Source: an uncultured Verrucomicrobiota bacterium
GTDB lineage: Bacteria > Verrucomicrobiota > CALLYA01 > CAYNBQ01
DNA: 61,253 bases
Direction of reading: 5' to 3'
Assembly: GCA_964395275.1 (NCBI GenBank)
Contig: CAYNBQ010000008.1
Span: 1-61,253, forward strand
Shown here: positions 1 through 10,045 of the stretch, one piece after another
Layout: each line of letters starts with the position of its first letter
Numbering within the stretch: position 1 is the stretch's first letter
Made by a program: the position numbers and the translations under genes
The notes under the pieces: generated by a model
Told to the model about the DNA's origin: nothing
What the model saw: only the letters and a program-made list of their open reading frames with translations
Databases searched by the model: none

Positions 1-13
1 GGCCATGCCGGCG

Positions 14-43
14 AGCATAGGGATGCGGCGGGGCCGGGGTCAA
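14..43 (-). promoter_or_regulatory. sigma70-like promoter for a gene running off the left edge (ATG at 6..4)
   Basis: Minus strand reads TTGACC(43-38)-18bp-TATGCT(19-14)-7nt-ATG. Confidence 0.55.
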
Positions 44-100
44 GGGAGGGCGCCTCTCTTCGGCTCCCGGCGTTGGGCGGCGCGGGCCGCCGGGCTCGGA

Positions 101-754
101 TCATCCCGCGGAGGAAACGATCCGGGCGAAACGCCGTGCCCGTTCAAGGAGCCCGTCCCAGTCGCCCTCTTCGACGGTGCGCCGGTTGACCAGGGCGCTG
201 CCGACGGCCAGGGCGAAGCTGCCCGCGTCCAGGAAATCGGCGGCGGTGTCCAGGTTCACCCCGCCGGTGGGCACGAGCCGCAGCTCCGGCATGGGAGCGC
301 GCAGGGCGCGGATGTAGGCGGGCCCGCCGACATCCGCGGGGAAGACCTTGACGGCGTGGGCCCCGGATCGGGAGGCCCGATGGACCTCGGTCGGGGTGAA
401 GGCCCCCGGGATGACGAGACGGTCGAAGCGCAGGGCGATGTCGACGATTTCCGGATCGAAGACGGGGCTGACGAGGAACTCGGCGCCCTCGAGGATCGAG
501 GCGCGGGCTTCGTCGGCCGTGCGCACCGAGCCGACCCCGATGCAGGTTTCGCGGGGTTTCCGCGCGGCGATTTCCCGGAGGGCGGCCAGGGCGCCGGGCG
601 AGGTCAGGGTCAGCTCGACGAAGCGGATCCCTCCCTCGACGAGGGTGGAGGCGACGCGACGGAGGGCCTCGGCGCGATGAATGCGCACGACGGCGATCAA
701 ACGGTCGGATCGGAGTTTTTCGAAGACGTCGCCTGCGGGCATCGGGGACGGCAT
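101..754 (-). CDS. eda: KDPG/KHG aldolase
   Basis: LIAVVR, GGIRFVELTLTSP, IGVGSV, GAEFLVSP, PGAFTPTE, VKVFPA, PTGGV motifs; GGAGG upstream. Confidence 0.92.
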   Translation of the reverse strand: MPSPMPAGDVFEKLRSDRLIAVVRIHRAEALRRVASTLVEGGIRFVELTLTSPGALAALREIAARKPRETCIGVGSVRTADEARASILEGAEFLVSPVFDPEIVDIALRFDRLVIPGAFTPTEVHRASRSGAHAVKVFPADVGGPAYIRALRAPMPELRLVPTGGVNLDTAADFLDAGSFALAVGSALVNRRTVEEGDWDGLLERARRFARIVSSAG

Positions 755-793
755 GGGACACCTCCTCCCGGTCCGGGACCGGGACGGATGCGG

Positions 794-822
794 AGTCTGC
801 CGGAGAGGGGGCGGGGCGTCAA
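794..822 (-). promoter_or_regulatory. possible sigma70 promoter of eda
   Basis: TTGACG-17bp-CAGACT on the minus strand; the -35 overlaps the stop codon of the upstream TPR gene. Confidence 0.35.
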
Positions 823-1673
823 TCCGGTCGCCGTTCGTCCGACGCGTCGCGCAGGGCGAGGACGCGGTTGTAGACGGCGATCCCCTCGCGGTCGCGGCCG
901 AGTTTCATCAGGCAATGGGCCCTGGCCTGGAGGGCGGGCAGGTAGGTCGGATCCACCTTCTCGGCCTCTTCGAAGCAGCGAAGGGCGTCGTCGAGCCGGC
1001 CGAGGTGGGTGAGGCAGAGTCCGGAGTTGGTGAGGATGACCGGGTCGTGGCGGCGAAGGTGCAGGGCGGCTTCGAAGGCCTCGAGGGCCTCCTCGTACCG
1101 GTGTTCGGCGACGAGTTCCCGTCCGCGGTCGACCAGGGCGGCGGGATCCTCGGGAGGAGACCCGGTGCGGGACGCTGGAGCGGGCGATCCGCCCTCGGGA
1201 GGAGGGCTTTCGCCGTCGAGTGCGGCGGCGCGCGCGGGGGATTTTCCGGCGGGCGCCGGTCCCCCGGATCCGGGAGATTCCGGGGCGGGAGCGCCGGCAA
1301 GCCCGGGGGAGGACGGTTCCGCCGGCGATCGATTGTCGGAGGGAGGGGCCGCCGGGCGATGCGGCGACGGGGGCGGATTCGGGGGGTGCGGCGGGAGGGG
1401 AGTCGCGGGCGGCGGCGGCCGTTCCTCGAGGATCCGAAGGCAGCGGACGGCGAGCAGGAGGATCCCGACGACGGCGAGGATCCCCATGACGACGATGCCG
1501 AGGACCAGGAACCAGGCCAGGGACGCGTAGCGGTCCAGGATGCGGACGGGATCGGGGACGGCGGGAGGGGAAACGGCGGAAGCGGCGCAGGCGATTCGGA
1601 CGCGGCAGAAGGCGGCCGCGGCCGGAATCGCGGCGAGGAATCGATGCGGGACGTGCTGGGGGATCCTCTCCAT
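819..1673 (-). CDS. membrane-anchored TPR protein with Pro-rich linker (284 aa)
   Basis: C-terminal part of the 819..5153 ORF. ATG at 1673 with GGAGGAG upstream; TM segment LAWFLVLGIVVMGILAVVGILLLAV; Pro-rich linker; about 3 TPR motifs (RYEEALEAFEAAL, GRLDDALRCFEEAEKVDP). Confidence 0.82.
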   Translation of the reverse strand: MERIPQHVPHRFLAAIPAAAAFCRVRIACAASAVSPPAVPDPVRILDRYASLAWFLVLGIVVMGILAVVGILLLAVRCLRILEERPPPPATPLPPHPPNPPPSPHRPAAPPSDNRSPAEPSSPGLAGAPAPESPGSGGPAPAGKSPARAAALDGESPPPEGGSPAPASRTGSPPEDPAALVDRGRELVAEHRYEEALEAFEAALHLRRHDPVILTNSGLCLTHLGRLDDALRCFEEAEKVDPTYLPALQARAHCLMKLGRDREGIAVYNRVLALRDASDERRPD

Positions 1674-1770
1674 GGGTCCTGGGCGTCTCCTCCGGGGTCG
1701 CGGCCGGCGCCCTGCGACCCTGATCGCTCGGGGTAGCTGGAAACGTGCCACGCGCGCTCCCCGCGCCGTC

Positions 1771-1799
1771 TTGACCCCGTGTTCGGGCCTCTCTATGTT
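1771..1799 (+). promoter_or_regulatory. sigma70-like promoter of tig-clpP-clpX
   Basis: TTGACC-17bp-TATGTT. Confidence 0.55.
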
Positions 1800-1976
1800 G
1801 AACCATCCCCCGCCGGTGAAGCCAAACTTTCCCTGGGATATCGTTGTGGAAACGCGCGGGATTCCCCTCCTCGAGCGATCCCGATGCGGAGACGATGGGG
1901 GCGCCGGCATGGTCGGAAAAGGGTTGGGACCGCGCGCAGTCCGACTCGAAACCGCGCGCAGGAAGGGTGGACAAGT

Positions 1977-3278
1977 GTGAACGTTCGTGTCGAGAACGGG
2001 GAAGGCTGCCTTCGTTCGGTGAAGTTCGAGCTTCCCGCGGAGGAGCTCGAGAAGGTCCGCGAGACGGTCGTGAACGCCTTTCGCCGGGAGGCGAAGATCA
2101 AGGGGTTCCGGCCCGGCCGGGCGCCGCGGGAGATGGTGGAAAAGCGTTTCGAACGGGAGATCGACGAGGAGACGCAGGAACGGGCGGCGAACCGCGCGTT
2201 CCTGGAATGGTTGAAGGAATCGAACACGGCGCTGGTTTCGTTGATCGGGTTCGAGGACATGCAGTGGCGGCGGGGGGAGCCGTTGAGCTTCACGGCGGAG
2301 GTGGAGGTCGAGCCCGAAGTGCCCCTGCCGTCGTACCGGGGGATCGAGGTGCGCCGGCCCTCCGATCGGGTGAGCGACGAGGAGGTCGAGGCGACGATCG
2401 AGGACTACCGGTCGCGCCAGGCGGATTTCCGGACCGTGGAGGACCGGCCCCTGGGACACGGGGACTTCGCGAGCATCAGCTACACGGGCGTGGTGGACGG
2501 CAAGCCGATCGCCGAGATCGATCCGGAGGCCGGGGTGCTCTCCGAAGGGGAACGCCAGTGGATCGAGATCTCGGACGACAGTTTTCTTCCCGGCTTCGCC
2601 GAGGCCCTGGTGGGGATGTCGCCGGGAGACCGGCGCCAGATCCATCTGGACATTCCCGCGGAATTCGGGCGGCCCCTCCTGGCGGGGAAGAAGGCCTCGT
2701 TCTTCGTGGAACTGGTCGAGATCCGGGAGCGGGTGCTGCCGGCGGTCGACGACGAACTGGCGCGGCGGGCCGGGGCGGAGAATCTCGAGGACTGGAAGGA
2801 GAAGATCCGGGAGTTGATCGGCCGGTTGAAGGAGGCGGAGGCCCGGCAGGCGGTCCGGGGCGAGGTGATCGAACGGCTGCTTGCGGGCGCGGAGTTCCCG
2901 TTGCCGGAGAGCGAACGATCGCGGGAGACCCAACGCCGGATCTACGACATGGTCCGGGAGAGTCAGCAGCGGGGGATCAGCCGGGATACGCTCGAGGAGC
3001 ACAAGGAAGAGCTTTTCGGACACGCGGTGCGTTCGGCGGAACAGCGGCTGCGTCTGCGCTACATCCTGCGGGGCATCGCCCGGGAGGAGAAGATCGAGGT
3101 CGAGGACGCCGAGGTGGACGAGGAGATCCGGAAGATGGCGGAGGCCGAGGGGACGGATCCGGCCGCGCTGCGGGCGGATCTGGAGAAACGCGAGCTGATG
3201 GATGTCCTGCGCCTGGATCTGCTCGAAGCGAAGGCCCTTGATTTCGTGATCGCGAATGCTAGCGTAACCGCCGAGTAG
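1977..3278 (+). CDS. tig: trigger factor
   Basis: Ribosome-binding signature IKGFRPGRAP; FKBP-like domain (FLPGFAEALVGM, LAGKKASFFV); GTG start; precedes clpP. Confidence 0.95.
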   Translation: MNVRVENGEGCLRSVKFELPAEELEKVRETVVNAFRREAKIKGFRPGRAPREMVEKRFEREIDEETQERAANRAFLEWLKESNTALVSLIGFEDMQWRRGEPLSFTAEVEVEPEVPLPSYRGIEVRRPSDRVSDEEVEATIEDYRSRQADFRTVEDRPLGHGDFASISYTGVVDGKPIAEIDPEAGVLSEGERQWIEISDDSFLPGFAEALVGMSPGDRRQIHLDIPAEFGRPLLAGKKASFFVELVEIRERVLPAVDDELARRAGAENLEDWKEKIRELIGRLKEAEARQAVRGEVIERLLAGAEFPLPESERSRETQRRIYDMVRESQQRGISRDTLEEHKEELFGHAVRSAEQRLRLRYILRGIAREEKIEVEDAEVDEEIRKMAEAEGTDPAALRADLEKRELMDVLRLDLLEAKALDFVIANASVTAE

Positions 3279-3287
3279 GGGGTACCG

Positions 3288-3935
3288 ATGGAGGCGAACA
3301 ACCAGATTCTGGTTCCTTACGTGGTCGAGAACACGGCGCGCGGCGAGCGCGGGATGGACATCTGGTCCCGGCTCCTCCGGGACCGGATCATCTTCGTCGG
3401 TACGCCGATCGACGATGCGGTGGCCAACCTGGTGATCGCGCAGATGCTCTTCCTGCAGAGCGACGATCCGGACAAGGACATCCAGCTCTACATCAACAGC
3501 CCGGGGGGATCGGTGACGGCGGGGCTGGCCATCTACGACACGATGCAGTTCCTGCGCTGCGACGTGACGACCTACTGCGTCGGGCAGGCGTCGAGCATGG
3601 GCGCGGTCCTGCTTGCGGCGGGGACCGGGGGCAAGAGGTACGCGCTGCCGAACGCCCGGGTGATGATCCATCAGCCCTGGGGCGGCGTTCAGGGGGCGGC
3701 GACGGACATCAACATCCAGGCCCAGGAGATCCTCCGTCTGCGGGACCGGATCCAGGAGATCCTGGCGAAGCACACGGGGCAGTCGGTCGAGACGATCGCC
3801 CGGGACACCGACCGCGATTTCTTCATGTCCGCCGAGGAGGCGCAGGAGTACGGTCTGATCGACCAGGTCGTCACGGGATCGCAGGAGCAGGACGGGAAGA
3901 AGTCCGATCCCGGGAAGACCGGGAAGAAGAAATAA
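3288..3935 (+). CDS. clpP: ATP-dependent Clp protease proteolytic subunit
   Basis: [28 protein letters not shown] (Ser), MIHQP (His), RDFF (Asp). Confidence 0.98.
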   Translation: MEANNQILVPYVVENTARGERGMDIWSRLLRDRIIFVGTPIDDAVANLVIAQMLFLQSDDPDKDIQLYINSPGGSVTAGLAIYDTMQFLRCDVTTYCVGQASSMGAVLLAAGTGGKRYALPNARVMIHQPWGGVQGAATDINIQAQEILRLRDRIQEILAKHTGQSVETIARDTDRDFFMSAEEAQEYGLIDQVVTGSQEQDGKKSDPGKTGKKK

Positions 3936-3950
3936 GGAAACGGCGGACCG

Positions 3951-5237
3951 ATGGCCAAATCCACCAACGTCACCCGTTGTTCCTTCTGCGGGAAGGGGCA
4001 CGACGAAGTCCGCAAGATGATTGCCGGCCCCGGGGTCTACATCTGCGACCGCTGCGTGGTGGCGTGCAAGACGGTGCTGGACCGCGAGGCGATGTCGAAG
4101 GGGACGGCGGCGGGCGACGACCTGGTCGTTCCCCGGCCGGCGGACATCAAGGCCCAGCTCGACGAGTACGTCATCGGCCAGGACGACGTCAAGAAGGCCC
4201 TTGCCGTTGCGGTGCACAACCATTATCGCCGGGTGCTTTCCGAGCGGGGGTCGGCGATGGATCCGGGGGTCCCGGACGACCTGCGGGACGTGCGGATCGA
4301 GAAGAGCAACATCCTTCTGGTGGGCCCGACCGGGTCCGGCAAGACGCTGTTGGCGCGGACCCTGGCGGAGATTCTCGACGTGCCCTTTTCGATCGCCGAT
4401 GCGACGACGCTGACCGAGGCGGGGTACGTCGGCGAGGACGTGGAGAACATCATTCTGCGCCTCGTGCAGGCGGCGGACTACAACATCGCGAGGGCCGAGA
4501 TCGGGATCATCTACGTCGACGAGATCGACAAGATCGCCCGGAAGACCGAGAACGTCTCGATCACGAGGGACGTCTCGGGGGAGGGCGTGCAGCAGGCGCT
4601 GCTGAAGATCCTGGAGGGAACCGTGGCGAACGTTCCGCCCCAGGGCGGCCGGAAGCATCCGCAGCAGGAGTACCTGCAGGTCGACACGCAGAACATCCTG
4701 TTCATCTGCGGGGGCGCCTTCGTGGGCCTGGAACAGATCATCCGCCGGCGGGTGGGGCGCGGGATGCTGGGGTTCGGAGCCCCCGGCCGGCAGGGCGGGG
4801 ACGCCTCGATGTCGGGGACCGATCTGCTCCGGCTGGCGCAGCCCGAGGATTTCGTGCATTACGGGATGATCCCGGAATTCATCGGACGGCTGCCGGTGAC
4901 CTCGTTCCTCGATTCGCTCGGGGTGGACGAACTGGTGCGGATCCTGGTCGAACCCAAGAACTCGATGGTGCGTCAGTACCGCAAGCTCTTCGCGCTGGCG
5001 GGAGTGGACCTGACCTTCACCCCGGACGCGCTCAAGGAGCTGGCGACGCAGGCGATGCAGCGCGGAACGGGGGCTCGCGCATTGCGTTCGCTGATGGAAA
5101 GCCTGATGCTCGACCTGATGTTCGAGCTTCCATCGAGGGGTGATGTCGATCAATGCGTGATCAACCGGTCGGCCGTTCAGGGCAAGCGGGCTCCGACGCT
5201 GAGGAAGCGGCGGAGCCGGAGCCGGAAGATCGCCTGA
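3951..5237 (+). CDS. clpX: Clp protease ATP-binding subunit ClpX
   Basis: C4 zinc finger CSFC...ICDRC, Walker [13 protein letters not shown] pore loop, DEIDK, RKH loop, LGF loop. Confidence 0.98.
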   Translation: MAKSTNVTRCSFCGKGHDEVRKMIAGPGVYICDRCVVACKTVLDREAMSKGTAAGDDLVVPRPADIKAQLDEYVIGQDDVKKALAVAVHNHYRRVLSERGSAMDPGVPDDLRDVRIEKSNILLVGPTGSGKTLLARTLAEILDVPFSIADATTLTEAGYVGEDVENIILRLVQAADYNIARAEIGIIYVDEIDKIARKTENVSITRDVSGEGVQQALLKILEGTVANVPPQGGRKHPQQEYLQVDTQNILFICGGAFVGLEQIIRRRVGRGMLGFGAPGRQGGDASMSGTDLLRLAQPEDFVHYGMIPEFIGRLPVTSFLDSLGVDELVRILVEPKNSMVRQYRKLFALAGVDLTFTPDALKELATQAMQRGTGARALRSLMESLMLDLMFELPSRGDVDQCVINRSAVQGKRAPTLRKRRSRSRKIA

Positions 5238-5254
5238 GCGGCGGTGCGGAGCCG

Positions 5255-6694
5255 GTGCGGATCGGACGGAGACGCCTCCTCCTGTCGATCGCCGCCGTCG
5301 GGTCGGCGCTGGGGGTCCTCGGCGCCGCGGAATCGCCGCTGCCGTCCGCGGGACTTCCCGGCCGCGAACCTCCCCCGACGCCGGTGCGCGCGGCGAAGGT
5401 CTACACCTTGGACGACTGCATCCGGCTGGCCCTCAGCCGGAATCCGGACCTCGAACAGGCCCGGGCGCGGGTGGCGCAGATCGACGCGGACGCGATCCTG
5501 GAACGAAGCCGGTTCCTGCCGACGGTCGACATGGTCTACTCGCGGGACTTCTACCAGCCCGAAGAGGGGGACCGGCTCGCCGACACGGTCGGTTCCGTGC
5601 GGTGGCGGCAGCGGATCTTCGAGTTCGGGAAGGATCCCGAAAGCGTCCGGAAGCTGCGGGCGGACCAGCGCGAGGCGCTCTACGCCTACGAGGAATTGCT
5701 GCGGGACGTGATATCGCAGGTGCGGATCGCCTTCTTTTCGCTGCTGCTCAAGGAGGAGCAGCTTGCGCAACGCCGGCAGATCCTGGCGCATTTCCGCAAG
5801 AGGTACGAGGAAGTCGAGGCGCGGTTCGAGAACGGGACCTGGGTCGACCGGACGACGCTGCTGCTGGCGGAATTGAACGTCAAGAACGAGGAGCGGCGCA
5901 TCATCCTCCTGGAACGCGAAAAGCTCCGGATCCGGATCCGGCTGGGCCGGCTGATGTCGATCGATTCCGCCGAGGAGATCGAGATCGACGGCGAACTCCT
6001 TCCGACGGAGGTCGATCTGGAGGAGATCGTGCGGATCGCCCAGGACCGGAGCACGGAGGCGGCGAACGCCCGGGAAGAGGTCTGGGAACGGCAGAGGGAG
6101 CTGAGGCAGCTCGGCTGGGAATTCGCGCCGGACCTTTCGATCGAGGCGGGGATGGCCGGCGGGGACGCGCGCGCGGGCATCAGCCTGACGAACGAGGAGG
6201 AGACCTGGGGGCTGGACCTGAACGCCGAGGGGTTCCTGGATTCGCCGAAGGCGGATTTCCCCCTGGAGAACCGCTTTCCCTCGACGATGCCGGACGACGC
6301 GGAATGGTTCGCGCGCGTGACGGTGACGCTGCCCTTCTTCGAAGGGCTGGCGCGCCGGGGGCGGATCATGAAGGCGCGGGAACGGCTGCGGGAGGCGCGG
6401 GCGCGGTTGAACGCGGTGCTCGACACGGTGGAAGCGGACGTGCGGCGGGCGTACCAGGACCTGATGGAGCGCCGGTCGATGCTGCGCAACTCCGAGGAGA
6501 TCGCGCTCAATTCGGGCGAGACGCTTCGGCTCAAGCAGGAGATCAAGGATCTCCTGCCCGAGCGGGTTTCCGACAACGAGCTGGAAACCTTCCGGGAGCG
6601 TTTCTTCCGCGACCAGGACGCCTATTTCGCCGATCAGGACCGTTTGATCACCGCCGTGGAAGAACTGCGCCGGCTGGCGGGCTGGTTCGAATAG
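5255..6694 (+). CDS. TolC-family outer membrane efflux protein
   Basis: GTG start with GGAG; signal peptide; YTLDDCIRLALSRNPDL, RFLPTVD, VTLPFFEG, DVRRAY OEP-repeat patterns. Confidence 0.8.
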   Translation: MRIGRRRLLLSIAAVGSALGVLGAAESPLPSAGLPGREPPPTPVRAAKVYTLDDCIRLALSRNPDLEQARARVAQIDADAILERSRFLPTVDMVYSRDFYQPEEGDRLADTVGSVRWRQRIFEFGKDPESVRKLRADQREALYAYEELLRDVISQVRIAFFSLLLKEEQLAQRRQILAHFRKRYEEVEARFENGTWVDRTTLLLAELNVKNEERRIILLEREKLRIRIRLGRLMSIDSAEEIEIDGELLPTEVDLEEIVRIAQDRSTEAANAREEVWERQRELRQLGWEFAPDLSIEAGMAGGDARAGISLTNEEETWGLDLNAEGFLDSPKADFPLENRFPSTMPDDAEWFARVTVTLPFFEGLARRGRIMKARERLREARARLNAVLDTVEADVRRAYQDLMERRSMLRNSEEIALNSGETLRLKQEIKDLLPERVSDNELETFRERFFRDQDAYFADQDRLITAVEELRRLAGWFE

Positions 6695-6710
6695 GGAACG
6701 GGGGGAGGCG

Positions 6711-8075
6711 ATGTTCCGGGCGGTGATGGCCAAGGAGTTCCGGCATCACCTGCTCAGCGCGCGGTTCGCCATTTCGGCGGTCCTCTTCCTGATGGTGAGC
6801 GTCACGGGCCTGTTCGTCGTGGGAGGAAGGTACCGGCGGGACCTGGCGATGTACGCCACCGAACAGAGCAAGTGGCGCGATCAGATGGCCGCTTCGGGAA
6901 GCCTGCGGGACCTGGGGATGCTGGGGGTGACGATCGCGCGCCGGCCCCAGCCGGTCTCGATCCTCGGCCGCGGCCTGGAGGAGAAGATGCCCCGCAGCGT
7001 GCAGGTCGCCGTCTACGGGGAACCGACGGGGACGGCGAACCGGTACGTCAATCCGGTTTTCTTTCTCTTCGAATCGCCCGATCTGCTGAACATGATCAAG
7101 ACGGTCGGGACGCTGCTGGCCCTCTTTTTCGTCTTCGACGCGATCTGCGGCGAAAAGGAGGCCGGGACGCTGCGGTTGATCATGGCCCATCCGATCCGGC
7201 GGCACACGTTGCTGCTGGGCAAGTGCGCGGGGGCCTACCTGGCGCTGCTGGTTCCCTTTCTGGTTTCGCTGCTGGCGGCGGCGGTCGTGATGCAGCTCTA
7301 CCCGGACCTGAGACCGGGCGCGGAGGGATGGGTTCGGATCGTCCTGTTCGGCGGGGTCGTCTCGTTGCTGCTGGCCTCCTTTTTCGCCCTGGGACTCTAC
7401 ATCTCGACCCGGAACGAGCGCGCCTCGACCGCCCTGGTGGTGTCCGTGCTGATCTGGGTGGTGCTGGTGCTGGCATGGCCCAACCTGGTGCCGGTGATGA
7501 CCCGTCCGTTCGTGCGGATCCCTTCCGGGGCGGAGATCGCCGAGGAGAAGCGGGCGGTGCACCGCGAGCTGCGCCGCGAGCAGCGGCACCGGGAACGGGC
7601 CGCGGCGGATGAGAAGGAGCGCCAGCGGATTCGCGACGAATACGAACAGCGGATCAACGACGCGCTGGCCCGGGTCGAGCAGCGCCGCCGCCGCCGGATC
7701 GAGACCCACGTGACGATTTCCCGGTCCTTGAGCCGTCTCTCCCCCGCGGCGTGTTTCACGTACGCGGCCACGGAGATCCTGGGCACGGGCGTCGACGACT
7801 ACGGGGATTTCGTGGACGCCGTGGAACGGTACGCCGTGAGCCTGCGCGAGTATTACCGGGAGAAATCCGAGGAGTTGGAACGCTCCCCCCCGCCGGGCGG
7901 CGGCCGGTGGTCGGCGAAGTTCGACATCCGCGACATCCCGCAGTTCGAGTTCGAACCCGTTCCCGTTGCGACGGCCGTGTCCCGGGCCCTGTTCGATCTT
8001 CTCGTGCTTGCGATGACCTTCGTGGTCTTTTTCCTCGGCGCATGGATCGCCTTCCTGCGCTACGACGTGAGGTGA
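6711..8075 (+). CDS. ABC-2 type transporter permease
   Basis: N-terminal KEF motif plus TM; DAICGEKEAGTLRLIMAHPIRR...LLGK signature; several TMs; ends FLRYDVR. Confidence 0.85.
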   Translation: MFRAVMAKEFRHHLLSARFAISAVLFLMVSVTGLFVVGGRYRRDLAMYATEQSKWRDQMAASGSLRDLGMLGVTIARRPQPVSILGRGLEEKMPRSVQVAVYGEPTGTANRYVNPVFFLFESPDLLNMIKTVGTLLALFFVFDAICGEKEAGTLRLIMAHPIRRHTLLLGKCAGAYLALLVPFLVSLLAAAVVMQLYPDLRPGAEGWVRIVLFGGVVSLLLASFFALGLYISTRNERASTALVVSVLIWVVLVLAWPNLVPVMTRPFVRIPSGAEIAEEKRAVHRELRREQRHRERAAADEKERQRIRDEYEQRINDALARVEQRRRRRIETHVTISRSLSRLSPAACFTYAATEILGTGVDDYGDFVDAVERYAVSLREYYREKSEELERSPPPGGGRWSAKFDIRDIPQFEFEPVPVATAVSRALFDLLVLAMTFVVFFLGAWIAFLRYDVR

Positions 8076-8083
8076 GCGCCGCC

Positions 8084-9466
8084 ATGCTTCGCATGCTCGT
8101 CTGGAAGGAATTCACCGGCCATCTGCTCACGGTGCGGTTCCTGGCCTGTCTTCTCCTCTGCCTGACGCTGGGGCTCGCCAGCCTCGGCGTGCTGATGATG
8201 CAGTACGAGATGATCGAGACCCAGGTGCGTCGGGAACGCCTCCGTCATCGGATGGATCTGGACGGGGCGACGCCGGACGACGTCCGCTGGCGCGGGTTCT
8301 TCGTCGACCGCGACAGCCCGGCGCTCCGGATCTTTCACGTGGGGCTGGACGACATGCTCTCCCGCTCGGTCTCGGATTCCGTCTTCTGGGGGCAACGCTA
8401 CGAGAGTTCCCTGAACGCCAACCCCGTCTTCCTCCTTTTCCCCACGCTCGACACGACCTACGTGGTGGGGGTGGTGATGAGCCTGATGGCCTTCGTTCTG
8501 TGCTACGACTCGATCAGCGGCGAGATCGAGGAAGGCACGCTGGCCCTGACCCTCAGTTTCCCCGTTCCGAAGGATCTGCTGCTCCTGTCGAAGTGGATCG
8601 GGGCGGTTCTGGCGGCCGGACTCCCGTTGCTGGTGACCATGCTGACGGGGGTGGCCCTGGTCCTTACCACCCGGAGTTTCCGGCTGGCGCCGGGGGATTG
8701 GGCGGCGGTGGGTGCGGCGTTCGGGGCCGGGATGCTCTATCTCGGGCTGGCCTGCGCGCTGGCGATCTGGATCTCGGCGAGCGTGCGCAACTCGGCCACC
8801 TCCATCGCGGTCCTGCTGTTGATCTGGGTGTTGATGGCGGTGGTGATCCCGAATCTTTCCCCCTACCTGGCGGAATGGATCTCGCCGATCCCGAGCGTGC
8901 AATCGATGGAGAGCGAGAAACAGGAGGCCCGGCGGGCGGTGATGGACGAGTTCTTCGCCCGGTACCGGAAACTGCGGCGCCTGAAGGACCCGGAGGAACG
9001 GGCCAGGCAGCAGGCGGCGCTTCAGCGGGAACTCTCCCGGCGGATCACCGCCGAGCAGGCGCGCATCGAGAATTCCTACCAGCGGCGGCTGGAGGCGCAG
9101 ACGCGGTGGGCCCAGGCGATCTCCCGGCTTTCGCCCTACGCCGCCTTCGTATACGCCGTGACCGCCCTCGGGGACACGGGGATCCGCGCGCGGGAAGAGT
9201 TCTTCGGGGCGGTCAACCGCTACGAACGGATCTTCTACGGATACGTCGACGAGATGATCTCGGCCAACCAGAAGGCGGGCCGGCAGAACTGGGAACCGGA
9301 CGCGGAGAGGATCGATCTGCGCGCGATGCCGGCCTGGGATCCGCCGGGACGTCCCTTCCCCGAACGGGCCGCCGAGGCCTCGGTCGATTTCCTCGAACTC
9401 GGGCTGGGAACGGTCCTCTTCGGGATGCTCGCCCACCGGCGCTTCACGAAACTGCGGTTTCGTTGA
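8084..9466 (+). CDS. ABC-2 type transporter permease (paralog of upstream gene)
   Basis: MLVWKEF; DSISGEIEEGTLALTLSFPVPK...LLSK; same architecture as 6711..8075. Confidence 0.85.
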   Translation: MLRMLVWKEFTGHLLTVRFLACLLLCLTLGLASLGVLMMQYEMIETQVRRERLRHRMDLDGATPDDVRWRGFFVDRDSPALRIFHVGLDDMLSRSVSDSVFWGQRYESSLNANPVFLLFPTLDTTYVVGVVMSLMAFVLCYDSISGEIEEGTLALTLSFPVPKDLLLLSKWIGAVLAAGLPLLVTMLTGVALVLTTRSFRLAPGDWAAVGAAFGAGMLYLGLACALAIWISASVRNSATSIAVLLLIWVLMAVVIPNLSPYLAEWISPIPSVQSMESEKQEARRAVMDEFFARYRKLRRLKDPEERARQQAALQRELSRRITAEQARIENSYQRRLEAQTRWAQAISRLSPYAAFVYAVTALGDTGIRAREEFFGAVNRYERIFYGYVDEMISANQKAGRQNWEPDAERIDLRAMPAWDPPGRPFPERAAEASVDFLELGLGTVLFGMLAHRRFTKLRFR

Positions 9467-9854
9467 GGGCGTGGGCGAAGGCTTCCTCGATGGTCTCTTC
9501 GCCTTCCCGCTCGATGCGATTGTCCTCGTCGAGCACCACGTAGCGGTAGCGGAATCCCGGCAGTTCGCGTTCGTCGACCTCGGCGAAGACGAGCACGACG
9601 ATTCGATCGCCCACGTTGCCGAGCTGGGCCGTGGCCCCGTTCAGGCAGACCATCCTCGATCCGGCCGGCGCGGCGATGGCGTAGGTCTCGAAACGCCGGC
9701 CGTTGGCCATGTTGCCGACCAGGACCTTCTCGAAGGGGAGGATTCCCGTGCGCCGCATCCAGTCGGCGTCGAGGGTCAGGCTGCCCCGGTAGTTCAGGTC
9801 CGTTTCCGTGACGCATGCCCTGTGGATTTTCGCCTTGCAGAGGGTGAGTTTCAT
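9444..9854 (-). CDS. panD: aspartate 1-decarboxylase
   Basis: KAKIHRA, YRGSLTLD self-cleavage site (Gly-Ser), RFETYAI, CLNGA. Confidence 0.95.
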   Translation of the reverse strand: MKLTLCKAKIHRACVTETDLNYRGSLTLDADWMRRTGILPFEKVLVGNMANGRRFETYAIAAPAGSRMVCLNGATAQLGNVGDRIVVLVFAEVDERELPGFRYRYVVLDEDNRIEREGEETIEEAFAHALNETAVS

Positions 9855-10045
9855 CGCGATTCCGTCCGCGGCGCCGCACGACCGCAACGGGATGTTGCCG
9901 GTCCGCGCCGTCTTCCTACCCGGAGCATAGTCCATCCCGCCGCCCCGGGAAAGGGGGGCGGAAAGCTTTCTCTTGGCCATCCTGCGCGATACGGCGTACC
10001 CTTGAGGCCGCCCGGCGGTCCGGGCGCCGGAAAGGAGGAACGGAC

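Noticed and set aside
1680-1976. tRNA gene often found before tig (also checked after secG)
   Set aside because: No cloverleaf or T-arm consensus seen; the gap after secG is too short.
1674-5153. N-terminal ~1160 aa of the 1444-aa minus-strand ORF
   Set aside because: Antisense shadow of tig-clpP-clpX; high GC and codon bias remove stops, and no domain is recognisable.
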